A stretch of DNA of 62,436 nt, filler included. It is 8 parts of 8 records of this genome, joined end to end, with 100 filler letters (N's around TTAATTAATTAA, not from the genome) between each part and the next. Parts side by side here need not be neighbours in the genome. Positions count along the whole stretch, not along the records: positions 11,647 to 18,603 come from SRR31156797_29018; positions 18,704 to 23,964 come from SRR31156797_29021; 6 more parts are not named here. One strand, given 5' to 3'. The position numbers and the translations under genes were made by a program. The notes under the pieces were generated by a model. It saw only the letters and a list, made by a program, of their open reading frames with translations. It ran no database searches and was not told the DNA's origin. This document shows, one piece after another, positions 11,547 to 22,586 of the stretch (positions are counted from its first letter, which is position 1; every line of letters begins with the position of its first letter).

Positions 11547-11646
11547 NNNNNNNNNNNNNNNNNNNNNNNNNNNNNNNNNNNNNNNNNNNNTTAATTAATT
11601 AANNNNNNNNNNNNNNNNNNNNNNNNNNNNNNNNNNNNNNNNNNNN
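11547..11646. other. Artificial contig spacer
   Basis: 100 bp: N run, TTAATTAATTAA (stops in all six frames), N run. Confidence 0.99.
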
Positions 11647-11691
11647 CATGAGCGTGAACATCCCGGTCGGCACCCGTTTTGCCGTGCTCAT
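11647..11691 (-). CDS. 5' end of a gene coupled to the kinase (MSTAKRVPTGMFTLM..., truncated)
   Basis: ATGA overlap with the kinase stop, GGAGG upstream, runs into the gap. Confidence 0.5.
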
Positions 11692-14600
11692 CCTCCGTGT
11701 TCGTCCCGTTTTTCCGGGGCGTGTTCCTTTAAGACCTGCTGCACCAGCTTTAAAAAGTCGTCTACAATAATCGGTTTATTATAGCGGTGCATCTTGAACT
11801 CATCGACAGGTTCCCTGCTGACCAGATCCTCATACCCGCTGCACAGGATTACCGGGATTCGGGAGCGGATTTGCCGGATCTGTTTCATCAGCTCAATCCC
11901 GTTTATTTCGGGCATGGCAAAATCCGTCACAATCAGGTCGAATTGATCCGGATCTTTCCTGAATTCCTTAAGGGCGAATCCGCTTTCCGTAAAGGGAGTC
12001 ACCTTGTAGCCGCAGTCCGCCAGAATGTCCTCCATAATGGCGACAATCGAAGCCTCGTCGTCCACAACAAGAATGTTTTCACTGCCTTTCACAACGTCAC
12101 GCTGATCATCAGGCGAACGTTTTTTGACGGTTTTTTCCGTAAAGACCGGAAAAAATATCTCAAAAGTGGTTCCCTCACCGGGTTTGCTTTCAAGGTCGAT
12201 GACGCCATTGTGGTTGGTGACAATGCCGTGCACCACGGCCAGGCCGAGGCCGGTGCCCTCTCCCCGTCCCTTGGTTGTAAAGTAGGGGTCGAATATCTTA
12301 CGTATGGTTTCCTCATCCATGCCGCAGCCGGTATCTGAAACGGAAAGCCGGACATAGGATCCCGGTTCCATGTCCAGCCCCGGTATGGCATTTCTTTCCG
12401 GAACCTCTATGTCCCTTAATGAAACGGTTATCGTTCCGTCTGACTCTTTCATGGCGTGGTAGGCATTGGTGCAGAGGTTCATGACAACCTGGGTGATCTG
12501 GGTGGCGTCGGCTAAAATCTTTTTCTCGGATTCGATATTCCGATCGATGGCGATGGTTGTCGGAATGGAAGAGCGAAGAAGCTTCAAGGTTTCTTTGACG
12601 ATGGATGACAGTATCAGCGGATTTTTTTCATGCTCCGACATGCGGCTGAAGGTAAGGATTTGCTGCACCAGGTCTTTTGCCCGGCTGGCGGCGATCGTCA
12701 CATGCTCCAGATTTTGGCGGGCCTTGTCGATATTTTTTTCCACGTTCATCCCGGCAATTTGGGTGCATCCGAAGATGATGGACAGGATGTTGTTGAAATC
12801 GTGGGCAATGCCGCCCGCAAGCGTGCCCATGGCCTCCATTTTTTGAGATTGCCGCAGTTGTTTTTCAAGTCGTTCCTGTTCTTCTTCCTGTTTGATTTTT
12901 TCCCGCATATCTTTGACATAGGAAAATACATGTTCGTGGTCTTCAAACTCTGAATAATTGCAAGTTATTTCCACGGGGATAATATCACCGCCTTTTGTGA
13001 TATGAGCGCTTTCAACAATCACTTTTTTTTGAAGTTTAACCTTTTCCCAAAATTCCGGCCATATTTCAGCAGGGAAATTCGGATCGATGTCGCTGACCTG
13101 CATGGCGCACAACTTTTCACGGTTATAATTCAAATAACGGCATGCGGCATCATTGACATAAATAAAACGTGCATCCTTTTGAATCAAAAAAAATGGATCC
13201 GTGCTATGCTCGATTGAATGTTTTACCAACCGCAGTTCCGCATCCAGGCGTTTGCGTTCGGTTATATCTCTGACAACGGCAAGAACCCGGCCCTTGCCGC
13301 CAATGGTTGTATTACTTAACGCCACCTCAATCCGGAAGCGCGAACCGTCTTTGCGGCGGGTGTCCCACTCAAACAGCTGAGGCCCTTCATGAACGGCTTT
13401 ATGAATTTTATCAAGGGCGTCTTTTTGAGCATACGGCGGTTCGCCGGAACAAATTTGTCCGATTTCAAGCCGCAATGCCTCTTCATAGGTATAGCCGAAC
13501 ATATCCAGCATGGTCTGGTTGACATCGACGAGTTTTCCCGTTTTTGCATCATGAATGATGATGGCGTCACTGCTGGAATTGTAAATCTCACGGTAGTTTC
13601 GTTCGCTTTCAATTAATCGGTTTTCCGATTGTTTTTTTGCCGTGATATCATGGCCTTCCGGTACAATAAAAATGACTTCCCCTTTTTCATCACGAACAGG
13701 TGTCAGTGAGAAGTCTATGACATGTATATTGTCTTTTGTATCCCGGTGGGTCGTTTCAAAATTAATCTGATCACCCTTTTGAACTTTGAGAACACCGTCT
13801 CGAACTTTATTTTGCAATTCCTCGGAATGGGACCAGAGGGGCAGTTCCCATATATATTTATCCTCAAGATCACTGGGGGCAGCGCCCATCATATTGTAGA
13901 CATTTTCGTTTGCCATGATCAGTCTGCCGTCGGGTGCGAGCAGACCCGTTAACTGAAACCGGTGATTAAAAATGGCTTTCAGGCGTTTTTCGCTCGATAC
14001 CAACTCTGACGTCTTTTTTGCCACCTGGGATTTCAGTCTGTTGTTGTATAAAAGGAGCACCACAAATAGAAAGCTCGCGATCGCTAAAAAATTCAGGAAC
14101 AGGGAGTAGTCAAAGCCGTGCTCGTACGTCACGGCACTCCATTTTCGAAAAATAGCTTTTCGGTCCGCTTCGCTGATACTCTCGATGGCTTTTTGGAGTA
14201 TACCTGCAAATATCGGCCAATCATTTCTTGACGCCATGCCGAAAGATAATTCATAGGACGTTTCTCCCGCCACCTTGACAAGATTGTAACCATGCTTTGA
14301 AATCGTGTAGCTCGTAACGCGAAGATTCCCCACGTAGGCATAGACGGTTCCGGAACTGAGCATGTCCAGGGCCTGGTGAATGTCAGATGCCGGAACAATT
14401 GTAATGTCCGGATGTTCCCTGGCCAGCGTTTCATGGATGGCATACCCCTTTACCACAGCCGCTTTTTTACCTTTCAGTCCCACAAGGCCACCAATATAGG
14501 GCGTATCCACCTTGCTGAAGATAACAACAGGAGAGGTGGCATACGGTGAACTGAAAGAAAGATACCCCCTCCGCTCCGGTGTTTCGGCGACACAGGAGAA

Positions 14601-17147
14601 CATGTCTATACGCCTGTTTTTCGCCATGTCGATCAGCTTGTGCCAGGGTTGACCTTCAACGATCTCAAAACGAATATCGAGTTTCGCCTCAATGTTTCGT
14701 AAATAATCAATCGCAATTCCTTTGTAGGTTCCGTCCTTGTCCGCAAACTCCATGGGTGCCCAGGCAGAATCACTGGCAACCCTGATAACCGGGTGCTCAT
14801 TCAGCCAGATCTTCTCAGAATCCGTTAACGGCAGTTCTTTTTCCGGAAGCTCAAGCTGAGTCCACTTTCTGATGACTCTGTTGATCGTTGCGTGACCAAT
14901 AGTGTTCAGGCCTTTGTTTAAAATACTCACCAGCTCCGGCCAGTCTGAGCGGACGGCAGTGACCGCCTTGATTATGTGGGAATGATCGATATAGATTGGC
15001 CTGATGCCTGTTAAAACGCTTTCATTTAAAAGATAGGTATCAAAATTCATTCCCAGGGTGATATCGGCTTTACCTTCAATCACCATGGTCAATGCATCGA
15101 TAAAGCTGTCAGCCTCAATTATGGTTGCTTCACCCGCCAGGGGGGCAAGGAGCCTTTCAATGAACTTAACCGCTCTCATATGGGCCACACGTTTCCCCTT
15201 AAGATCATCAAGACTGTTAATCGTCAGCGATGCATCTCTTTTACCAAAGACAACGGGAATTGTTGAGACGTACCCCCTGGTCGGCAACAGGCCTGTGGCC
15301 TCGGCCAGAGCGGGAACACATAGGGCTAATCCATCAACCTCACCCCGGCTTGCCTTTTTGATGGTTTCGTGCCATGGATTTACCTCAATTTCGATATTCA
15401 GGCCTGTGATGCTCGAAAGCCTTTTAAAAATATCCGGAATTATTCCTTTTGGCTTTTGATTTTCATCCAGGATGAGAAGCGGCTCCATGTCCGGATTGAA
15501 TCCAAATCTTATGGAGGGATGTTCTGCCAGCCAGGCAAGCTCTGATTGGGTCAGTCGAGGGCCGACCGACCCATCGAGTCTCCTGAGCCATTTCTGATTC
15601 AGTGCGTCCATTTCTTCTGCAGTAAGCGTATCCATGGCCTTTTCTATTAAGATCATAAATTCAGGCCAGTCATTTCGCACACCGAGCCGCATTTCCTGAT
15701 GCGGATCAAAATGTGCTCCCTTTACTTCATCCACAATGGCTAAGCCGTATAACAAGTGTTTCCTGATGAGATGACTGGCGACACTACTGTCCATAATACC
15801 GGCATCCGCCTTACCTTCTGTAATGGCCAGCAGCACTTCGCGATACCCTGAGAATTCTACGGTCTTGACATCCGGCACATTTCTCTTGAGCATCCGGATG
15901 CCCTCATCGCCTTTTGCAATGGCGATTCGCATGCCTTCAAGGTCCTTTTCTCTCTTGATGTCAGGCCGGTCGTCACGGGCAACAATCACCTGTAGAAAAC
16001 GACCGTAGGGCTTGGAGAACAAAACGCCATCCAACTCAAATGTACTTGTGGTGTGAAGCAGATCCAGTTCCCGTCGCTGGGCCTTACCTAACAGTTCGCC
16101 ATATGGGGCGATAACAAACCTCAGCTCGACTCCCAACCGATCCGCCAGGAGTCTGACATAATCTATTCCATAGCCCGCCGGCTGGCGATTCCGGATGAAA
16201 TCCCACGGCGGGTAGTCGGTTTCACCCATGACCCGGATCACGGGGTGGGCTTTCAGCCAGGCCCGTTCTTCCGGGGTGAATTTAACTTCATTTTTCTTTG
16301 TAACGACGCCGGCAAGCCCGGTCAGAATCCATCTGTTTTTGATCTGTCGGTGCTGGTCTGTTGTGATGACTTCAAGGGCTTTATCCATAATTGACAGCAG
16401 CTCGGGCCAGTCTTTTCGGATACCAAGGCTCACCCCTGTTTTTGTTTCAGGAGGCAGTGCCGTTACCTTAAGCCCTGCAACAGCCAGTTTATCTATGTGA
16501 TAATTCAAAATCGGCCAGGCGCCGACTACCGCTTCCGCATCTCCTGTAATCAATGCGTTTAGAGAGTCCTCATAACTGGACGTCAGTGTGAGCTTTATAT
16601 CAGGATAGCGTGCAGCAAGATAATTATGCTCCCAGGATGCTTTCATTACAGCAACCCGTTTATGCGCCAGCCTGGAGAAAGAGGTTTCGGCAACAGCATT
16701 TTGCTTCATCACAATGGCGTGGTTGTAATTAAGGTAGGGGGTTGTGAAATTGAGGTATTGAGCCCTTTCTTCATTTTTCGTTAGGAGTCTTATCCCGTCG
16801 ATTTCTTTGGCTTTTGCCATTTCCTGAATCTTATGCCAGTCTCCGGTAACGAGTTTGAAATCCACACCAATAATGTTTCCAATCAGCTTGATATAATCCG
16901 GACCCAGGCCGATCGAGGCCCCTTCTTCATCGATAAACCCAAAGGGGGGGAAGATACCGCCTCCCAGGGTGATGACCGGATGTTCCTCCAGCCAGGCCTG
17001 TTCTCCATCGGTCAGGGGGAGGGCTGCTGCCGAAAGGGAAGCGTTTAAAAAAAGAACAATGACAAGTGCAGCCACGCAAATGACACTGGTTTTATATCCG
17101 GTTTCCGGTTTCATGTGTTTTATATTATTATATTTTTGTACGGGCAC
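11688..17147 (-). CDS. Hybrid sensor histidine kinase: 4x periplasmic SBP family 3, TM, 3x PAS, HisKA, HATPase, REC
   Basis: Four W-L-x-x-H-P-x-I ... R-x-D-W-P repeats; GTLAGGIAHDFNNIL H-box; DTGCG, GTGLGL; VDDE and LIVTD receiver motifs. Confidence 0.95.
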   Translation of the reverse strand: MPVQKYNNIKHMKPETGYKTSVICVAALVIVLFLNASLSAAALPLTDGEQAWLEEHPVITLGGGIFPPFGFIDEEGASIGLGPDYIKLIGNIIGVDFKLVTGDWHKIQEMAKAKEIDGIRLLTKNEERAQYLNFTTPYLNYNHAIVMKQNAVAETSFSRLAHKRVAVMKASWEHNYLAARYPDIKLTLTSSYEDSLNALITGDAEAVVGAWPILNYHIDKLAVAGLKVTALPPETKTGVSLGIRKDWPELLSIMDKALEVITTDQHRQIKNRWILTGLAGVVTKKNEVKFTPEERAWLKAHPVIRVMGETDYPPWDFIRNRQPAGYGIDYVRLLADRLGVELRFVIAPYGELLGKAQRRELDLLHTTSTFELDGVLFSKPYGRFLQVIVARDDRPDIKREKDLEGMRIAIAKGDEGIRMLKRNVPDVKTVEFSGYREVLLAITEGKADAGIMDSSVASHLIRKHLLYGLAIVDEVKGAHFDPHQEMRLGVRNDWPEFMILIEKAMDTLTAEEMDALNQKWLRRLDGSVGPRLTQSELAWLAEHPSIRFGFNPDMEPLLILDENQKPKGIIPDIFKRLSSITGLNIEIEVNPWHETIKKASRGEVDGLALCVPALAEATGLLPTRGYVSTIPVVFGKRDASLTINSLDDLKGKRVAHMRAVKFIERLLAPLAGEATIIEADSFIDALTMVIEGKADITLGMNFDTYLLNESVLTGIRPIYIDHSHIIKAVTAVRSDWPELVSILNKGLNTIGHATINRVIRKWTQLELPEKELPLTDSEKIWLNEHPVIRVASDSAWAPMEFADKDGTYKGIAIDYLRNIEAKLDIRFEIVEGQPWHKLIDMAKNRRIDMFSCVAETPERRGYLSFSSPYATSPVVIFSKVDTPYIGGLVGLKGKKAAVVKGYAIHETLAREHPDITIVPASDIHQALDMLSSGTVYAYVGNLRVTSYTISKHGYNLVKVAGETSYELSFGMASRNDWPIFAGILQKAIESISEADRKAIFRKWSAVTYEHGFDYSLFLNFLAIASFLFVVLLLYNNRLKSQVAKKTSELVSSEKRLKAIFNHRFQLTGLLAPDGRLIMANENVYNMMGAAPSDLEDKYIWELPLWSHSEELQNKVRDGVLKVQKGDQINFETTHRDTKDNIHVIDFSLTPVRDEKGEVIFIVPEGHDITAKKQSENRLIESERNYREIYNSSSDAIIIHDAKTGKLVDVNQTMLDMFGYTYEEALRLEIGQICSGEPPYAQKDALDKIHKAVHEGPQLFEWDTRRKDGSRFRIEVALSNTTIGGKGRVLAVVRDITERKRLDAELRLVKHSIEHSTDPFFLIQKDARFIYVNDAACRYLNYNREKLCAMQVSDIDPNFPAEIWPEFWEKVKLQKKVIVESAHITKGGDIIPVEITCNYSEFEDHEHVFSYVKDMREKIKQEEEQERLEKQLRQSQKMEAMGTLAGGIAHDFNNILSIIFGCTQIAGMNVEKNIDKARQNLEHVTIAASRAKDLVQQILTFSRMSEHEKNPLILSSIVKETLKLLRSSIPTTIAIDRNIESEKKILADATQITQVVMNLCTNAYHAMKESDGTITVSLRDIEVPERNAIPGLDMEPGSYVRLSVSDTGCGMDEETIRKIFDPYFTTKGRGEGTGLGLAVVHGIVTNHNGVIDLESKPGEGTTFEIFFPVFTEKTVKKRSPDDQRDVVKGSENILVVDDEASIVAIMEDILADCGYKVTPFTESGFALKEFRKDPDQFDLIVTDFAMPEINGIELMKQIRQIRSRIPVILCSGYEDLVSREPVDEFKMHRYNKPIIVDDFLKLVQQVLKEHAPEKRDEHGG

Positions 17148-17565
17148 GGTATCTCTTCGCTGCCTGAAGAATGCTCCATAAGGCTTTTGTAAAATTGTTT
17201 GAATGGCGAAAGTTCTTTCACAAGAGTTGCTCTGATGCAGCTGAAAATGTTCAAAACAGCGGGGTGTTTTTACGGATTCGCCTTAACCTGGATACTGTAA
17301 ATTGTTGATATAACATTGTCAAGATGCATTCGGGACGTGCTCTTCTAAGTTACATGCGATCACCCTGCCATGCCTGAGCGCTTGTCAATGGCGTAGATTG
17401 CGGTTTTATCCCTCCAGTGGTTTTGTTACCCATTTTTTGGGGATGGTGTGTGGCTGATTTTCTGAATGAAATTCATGGCTTGAAATTGAATCTCTGCTCT
17501 GATATCGCAAAAAAATGATCGTTTTTGTGATCGGACCGAAATTTAATTGTCCAATGCCTTTCTAA

Positions 17566-18222
17566 ATGATCTTGACCCTGGGGGAGGGGATCATGAATTC
17601 ATTATCTTTTTTTTATCGTTTGCGCTATTTGATGATATTTTTCGTAGTGATGTTCCATGCCGGTATCAGTTATAGTCATTTGGTTCCATGGTGGTTTGTT
17701 CATGATGGGGTGACGGATGGCGGGTTTGATTTGTTGATCCTGTTTTTCGACGTGTTTATGATGCCTGTACTCTTTTTCATTGCGGGATTTTTTGCTATAC
17801 CATCAATTGAACGCAAGGGAAGCACTGTTTTTATCAAGGACAAGTTCAAGCGTTTAGGGATCCCCTTCCTGCTTGGTGTTACTTTCCTGTGTCCGATCAT
17901 GCCGAAATTAAAAGAGCTTATGTTGTTTGGTGCCCTGACAGCAGCAGGGTATTTTGCGGTAATCAGGTTCCTGCCCGATCGCCATTGGGTGAACCTTTTC
18001 AATATTGTTATCTTTCAGCCCGGCAGACTGGTTTTCTATGTTGCCTATTTTGTCCTGGGGGCCTATGGCTATTCCAGGAAATGGTTTTTCAACGGTAATC
18101 GTATCCGGCTTGTCCCTTTATGGAGCCTGTTGTTTGTTCTGTCGAGTGCCGGGATATTGCTGACCGTTAGGGGCGCCATGGCGGGACAGTCTACGGCAGG
18201 CCATGACAAATCACTCAATTGA
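17566..18222 (+). pseudogene. Acyltransferase-3 (OpgC/OafA-like) membrane protein, apparently deleted or truncated
   Basis: VVMFHA, MPVLFFIAGFF and KFKRLGIPF motifs, but only 218 aa and no central HLWF-type region. Confidence 0.55.
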
Positions 18223-18311
18223 ACAACGTGGCTTCATTGTTTCATCCCGATTGTGTTGTCGAGATCGAAGCCACTGCCGTTGCCTGAATTCGATAAAATT
18301 CCGTTGCCGCT

Positions 18312-18602
18312 TTATTGGTCCAGGGAAATCACCTGATTTCTTCCCATGGCCTTGGCCTTGTACAGGGCCTTGTCCGCAATTTTGATCAGGCCGTCTAGGC
18401 CGGTCCCCGGATCCGGGACCACGGTGGTGAAGCCGATGCTTGCGGTCACCCGGTCTGAAATCCCTGAGGCCCGGTGGGGGATGGCCAGGGCGGTGATACC
18501 CTTTAAGAGCCGCTGGGCACAGATTTGCATATCATCCCGGCCAACATCAAAGAGGATGCCGGCAAACTCCTCCCCCCCGTAACGCCCCACCACATCGTTG
18601 CC
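18312..18602 (-). CDS. Diguanylate cyclase (GGDEF), C-terminal fragment
   Basis: GRYGGEEF, VTASIG, ADKALYKAKAMGRN; truncated by the gap. Confidence 0.9.
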   Translation of the reverse strand, partial: GNDVVGRYGGEEFAGILFDVGRDDMQICAQRLLKGITALAIPHRASGISDRVTASIGFTTVVPDPGTGLDGLIKIADKALYKAKAMGRNQVISLDQ

Positions 18603-18603
18603 C

Positions 18604-18703
18604 NNNNNNNNNNNNNNNNNNNNNNNNNNNNNNNNNNNNNNNNNNNNTTAATTAATTAANNNNNNNNNNNNNNNNNNNNNNNNNNNNNNNNNNNNNNNNN
18701 NNN
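18604..18703. other. Artificial contig spacer
   Basis: N run with TTAATTAATTAA. Confidence 0.99.
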
Positions 18704-18820
18704 GTGATTTTTTAGTTTAAAATCTTGATCTGCAGAAAGCAGAAATTCTTCAATTGTCAGTTTTTCAGCACTGAGGTCAAAACAAAAAAGAGTTGTTAGA
18801 ATAAGGATTATGCTTTTCAT
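18704..18820 (-). CDS. N-terminus of an exported protein, possibly TolC-like (3' truncated)
   Basis: MKSIILILTTLFCFDLSAEKLTIEEFLLSADQDFKLKNH; ATGA overlap with the HlyD-like gene stop; signal peptide followed by LTIEEFL. Confidence 0.5.
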
Positions 18821-20763
18821 TTTTTCACCCTTATAAAACTTATTTGAGATGGTTTTGATCCCTGGTCAAAGGCAAGGACCAGTTTATCATTTTTTGATGT
18901 TGTGGAAACTCCCTCGGGTCTTAGGTCTTTAAAGCTTTTAACAAGTTCAGGAGTTTTAGAATTTATATCCAGTTTCCATAATCCGCCATCATTTTTTGTG
19001 GTTCCGGTGATAAAGAGATCTTTTCCTGATAAGACCATTCCGGAGATCTTTTTAACCTGTGAGCCGTCCTTAAGTTTGAAAGTTTTCCAGATCCGGATCG
19101 ACCCTTTATCGGCTGTTCCTTTTTTCATGAGAGTATTGATATTCGCTATCTCTAAAATAACTGAAGAGCCGTCTAAAAGAGGGTCTTTGATACCGAGATA
19201 GAGGTTCCCTTCTTTGTAAAACATTCCTTCGATATCAAGAGTTTTGTTCTTTATTGAATCTTTTAGAAAGATCGTGGTTTCTGATTTGTTGTTTTTTGCA
19301 AAATCAGCAAGAACATCATAAAGCAGAATCTTGTTTTCCAGCTTGAACTCTTTCCCTTTTCTTTTCACTTTTAGAAGAAGTTTGCGGTTATTATTGAGGT
19401 TCCCTTTTTTGTTAAAGCTTTGTGAAGAAGCTATAAAAATGGAGCCATCATCAGTAAGTGCCGCCGATTCCATATCATTTATCTTTTCAAGACCGGTTAT
19501 TAGAGTTCTTTCAATTTCTCCCTTAGAGCTGCAAAGAATAAGTTCAGGGATCTTTTTGTCAGTGTCGTCATTTAGCACAAGGTATTTGTCAATATCAGCA
19601 AGAAACACTACCTCGGATGCTTCAATACCACGCGGCAACATAAAGTTTTCTGCTTTAGTCTCTTTTCTCTGTCTTACCGGCAGGGCTGATGCCTGAACCT
19701 CTTCTATCCCAAAAAAACTTCTTATTTTCTCTGTAACTGACTTGTTATCTTCTTTCACTGATGAGATCAGGACTTTTTCTCCAAGGATGAACCTGTTATC
19801 TTCAGGTATCTTGATGATAAGCTCGCGACCCCACATAGCAATGTCGGGATGCTTTCTAAGTCTAACAGGATATTCAACGATCTTTGCTCCAACACCTGTA
19901 ACCACACCTTCCACAAACATACTGTTATCTGATGCGGAAATTACATTGACCTTGTCATTAACTTTCATTTTTGTGTACACGTTCTCATGAAGGTAGCCTT
20001 TAACAAATGAGGGGGTTCTCTGATGAACAGTGAGGATAGGAACGAAAGGTGCGACTTTTTCTCCAGCTTTAAAATTTACAGATCCAATTATTCCTGAGAT
20101 TTGAGAGTAAATGTTAAGCTTACTGTTCTCGCTGCTTAGAAGCTTAAGCTCCTCGTCAAGTCTCTCCAGGCGAATCTTGACCGGATCTCCTGATCCATTA
20201 AGTTCTTTTCTTAGAAGACTTATCTTAATATTGATAGGGCTTACAGACAATTTCATCTCATCTTTTAATGCTGCAATATGAAGCTGGATCGGGTTGCTAC
20301 TGGAATTATTATTCTTTTTCCTAAGACTTTTAAGGCCTGATGAAAGGTTTTTGTTGATCTTATATTTATTCTCAAGCTGTTTGATACGGTAGTTTATGTC
20401 ACTGACCACTGAGGCTCTCTGTGCCTGGAGTTCACGTATGCTTGAGCGGATCTCGGACTTGCTTACACCTTTTTCTGCTTTGAGCTGTTCTATCTGATGT
20501 GATATCTCATTGATCTTAAGTGTCATTTCAGGGCTGCTCAGCTCAACAAGTAGTGTGCCTTTCTCAACAAGTTGACCTTCTTTGACGCTTATTTTCATTA
20601 TATCAACGGTCACTTTTGAGTTTATCTTTGACTCACGGGTCTCAGCTATACCGTAAAAGCTTGTCGATTCCCTCTGATAGGCAAGTGTGATGAGAGCTAC
20701 AGCAATAAAAACTACTGCCCAAACAATATAAAGCTTAAATGTTCCATCTTTCTTTTTAGTCAT
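18817..20763 (-). CDS. HlyD/MFP-like periplasmic adaptor fused to a C-terminal beta-propeller-like (DUF3616-like) domain
   Basis: N-terminal TM; lipoyl halves VKEGQLVEKGTLL and SQISGIIGSVNFKAGEKV around a coiled coil; C-terminal IEAS, NDME, SSQS, DIEG, RPEG motifs. Confidence 0.7.
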   Translation of the reverse strand: MTKKKDGTFKLYIVWAVVFIAVALITLAYQRESTSFYGIAETRESKINSKVTVDIMKISVKEGQLVEKGTLLVELSSPEMTLKINEISHQIEQLKAEKGVSKSEIRSSIRELQAQRASVVSDINYRIKQLENKYKINKNLSSGLKSLRKKNNNSSSNPIQLHIAALKDEMKLSVSPINIKISLLRKELNGSGDPVKIRLERLDEELKLLSSENSKLNIYSQISGIIGSVNFKAGEKVAPFVPILTVHQRTPSFVKGYLHENVYTKMKVNDKVNVISASDNSMFVEGVVTGVGAKIVEYPVRLRKHPDIAMWGRELIIKIPEDNRFILGEKVLISSVKEDNKSVTEKIRSFFGIEEVQASALPVRQRKETKAENFMLPRGIEASEVVFLADIDKYLVLNDDTDKKIPELILCSSKGEIERTLITGLEKINDMESAALTDDGSIFIASSQSFNKKGNLNNNRKLLLKVKRKGKEFKLENKILLYDVLADFAKNNKSETTIFLKDSIKNKTLDIEGMFYKEGNLYLGIKDPLLDGSSVILEIANINTLMKKGTADKGSIRIWKTFKLKDGSQVKKISGMVLSGKDLFITGTTKNDGGLWKLDINSKTPELVKSFKDLRPEGVSTTSKNDKLVLAFDQGSKPSQISFIRVKK

Positions 20764-20777
20764 AGTTAACTCCTGTT

Positions 20778-22478
20778 CTATCTTGAGAGAAGCGCTTCAA
20801 AACTTCCTATTATCACATCTCCTTCGTCAACTCCGCTCTCAGTTAGGGTTATGTTTCCGTCACCAATAAAGCCAAGTTCCTTAAAATCAGCAGATTCTCC
20901 TTCACCTATGATCTCATAAACAACTCCAAATGTTTCAGCTCCGTGCATGGGAGTGGTTCCGTTCAATACAAATTCACTTGGAATGCGTATGAGAATAAAG
21001 ATAGGATTATCATCTGTTCTGGTTGCGTAATATCTTATTTCTGTAAGTTCCTTAATAAAATCTTCTTCATCTTTGGCAGGGCCAGCATCGTTTAATATTG
21101 CTTCAAAGATCTGTTTTTCTTCATAAATGGTCATTTCCAGCGAGATGCCGCTACTAAGTTTGTAGTTGTCTTCATATGTCCATGCAGTAGCGAAAGATCC
21201 CTTTATAACGTATGGCTCTCTGCATTCAGGAACATCGTCATAGGTTCCGTAAGGCCACTCCGGAGCAGTTCCGTCAATTTCATCAAGTATCTTGTTTTTT
21301 CTTTGAGAAATATAGGTTCTTTGTTTTTCAAGGTATTTTTCAGGTGCTCCTGTAAGTTCTTCGATCTTGTCGATATCTGCAAGTAGCTCCTCCGTGTCCC
21401 AAACATTTTCAAGAAGATCGTGAACCTTTGTGTGGTAGAGTTTTCTTGTTTCATCACATTTGTACAGCCTGTTTGCCAACTGACTCATTGCATAAACAGA
21501 ATTGGGGATATCTTTTAAAGAGCTGTGCCCTTCTTGGAATGAGCCGTCGGTTCCCCAGGGAATGAATGAGAATAGTTCTGTGACAGGATCATGGTATATA
21601 CAGAAGTTGTTCTTATTCCCGTTGTATCCATCCCAGTGTCCTAAAATAGATTCCATTGCCCAGAAGGTGAGGAAGGCGTCAAGGTCGATCACTTTTTCAA
21701 GAGACTTCTTAAGATCAGTATCGGTTACGTAAAGAGCTTCAACTACCTTTTCCAGTTCAGTAAGTCCGTCAGTATCTTTCTCGTTTGTCTTAAGCTGAAA
21801 CTGATGGATCTGTTCAGGTGTGAAATCAGCGATCTGACCTTCGTATAGATTCCCGTCGTCATCTTTGAAATTCCTTCTTAGAAAAGGTTTTTTTATGCTT
21901 TCAACATTTGAGTATATGCCGAGATCTTTTCCGTTGACCGTGACTTTTGCAAAGTTACATCTTGGAGCAGGAACACCAGCTTTTCTAAAAAGCGCGTAGC
22001 TCATGATCTGATGAGTGTGGGAGGGGTCCTGTTTGTCGTTGTTAAGGGTGAGTCTTTTCATTCCAGAATATGTCTGGTTATCAACAAATTTACCGAAATT
22101 TAGTTTCATAGACGGCTTAAGTGCTGAAAGAGAACCTAGGAACCCTTTTTTTCTAACACCGACATCTTTAAACGTTTGTCCGTCAACAGTAACTTCCGCC
22201 TTAAAGTAGGTGTATTCATAATCCTCTATACATCCTGACCTCATTGATGCAACACCGCGACCTTCGTAACGTATCTTTTCCCAGTCCTTTTCATCTAAAG
22301 TGATCTTTACATCAAGAACATTGTCAAGTTTATAGACAGCCTCAGTTTCATCCACCGCACTTTCATTGCTATCGGTTATTTCACCATCCGGATCGTTGTC
22401 GACAGAAGGTTTTTTATCGTTTTCTGAACAGGAGAAAAGAAGGAAAAGTGTTAGTGATAAGAGAAATAGTTTCTTCAT
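20778..22478 (-). CDS. CotH kinase-family lipoprotein
   Basis: Lipobox LLFSC; VGVRKKG, KPSMKLNF, GNLYE, HWDGY..NKNN, FIPWGTD. Confidence 0.88.
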   Translation of the reverse strand: MKKLFLLSLTLFLLFSCSENDKKPSVDNDPDGEITDSNESAVDETEAVYKLDNVLDVKITLDEKDWEKIRYEGRGVASMRSGCIEDYEYTYFKAEVTVDGQTFKDVGVRKKGFLGSLSALKPSMKLNFGKFVDNQTYSGMKRLTLNNDKQDPSHTHQIMSYALFRKAGVPAPRCNFAKVTVNGKDLGIYSNVESIKKPFLRRNFKDDDGNLYEGQIADFTPEQIHQFQLKTNEKDTDGLTELEKVVEALYVTDTDLKKSLEKVIDLDAFLTFWAMESILGHWDGYNGNKNNFCIYHDPVTELFSFIPWGTDGSFQEGHSSLKDIPNSVYAMSQLANRLYKCDETRKLYHTKVHDLLENVWDTEELLADIDKIEELTGAPEKYLEKQRTYISQRKNKILDEIDGTAPEWPYGTYDDVPECREPYVIKGSFATAWTYEDNYKLSSGISLEMTIYEEKQIFEAILNDAGPAKDEEDFIKELTEIRYYATRTDDNPIFILIRIPSEFVLNGTTPMHGAETFGVVYEIIGEGESADFKELGFIGDGNITLTESGVDEGDVIIGSFEALLSR

Positions 22479-22586
22479 GAAATTCTACCTGAATTATGAA
22501 CAGCCTCTAATACATTATAATATAAGATTGTGTGAAAAATAGGTAAGAATTTTTTTTTCATTAAGATTTTTAACAGAAGTTACTAA

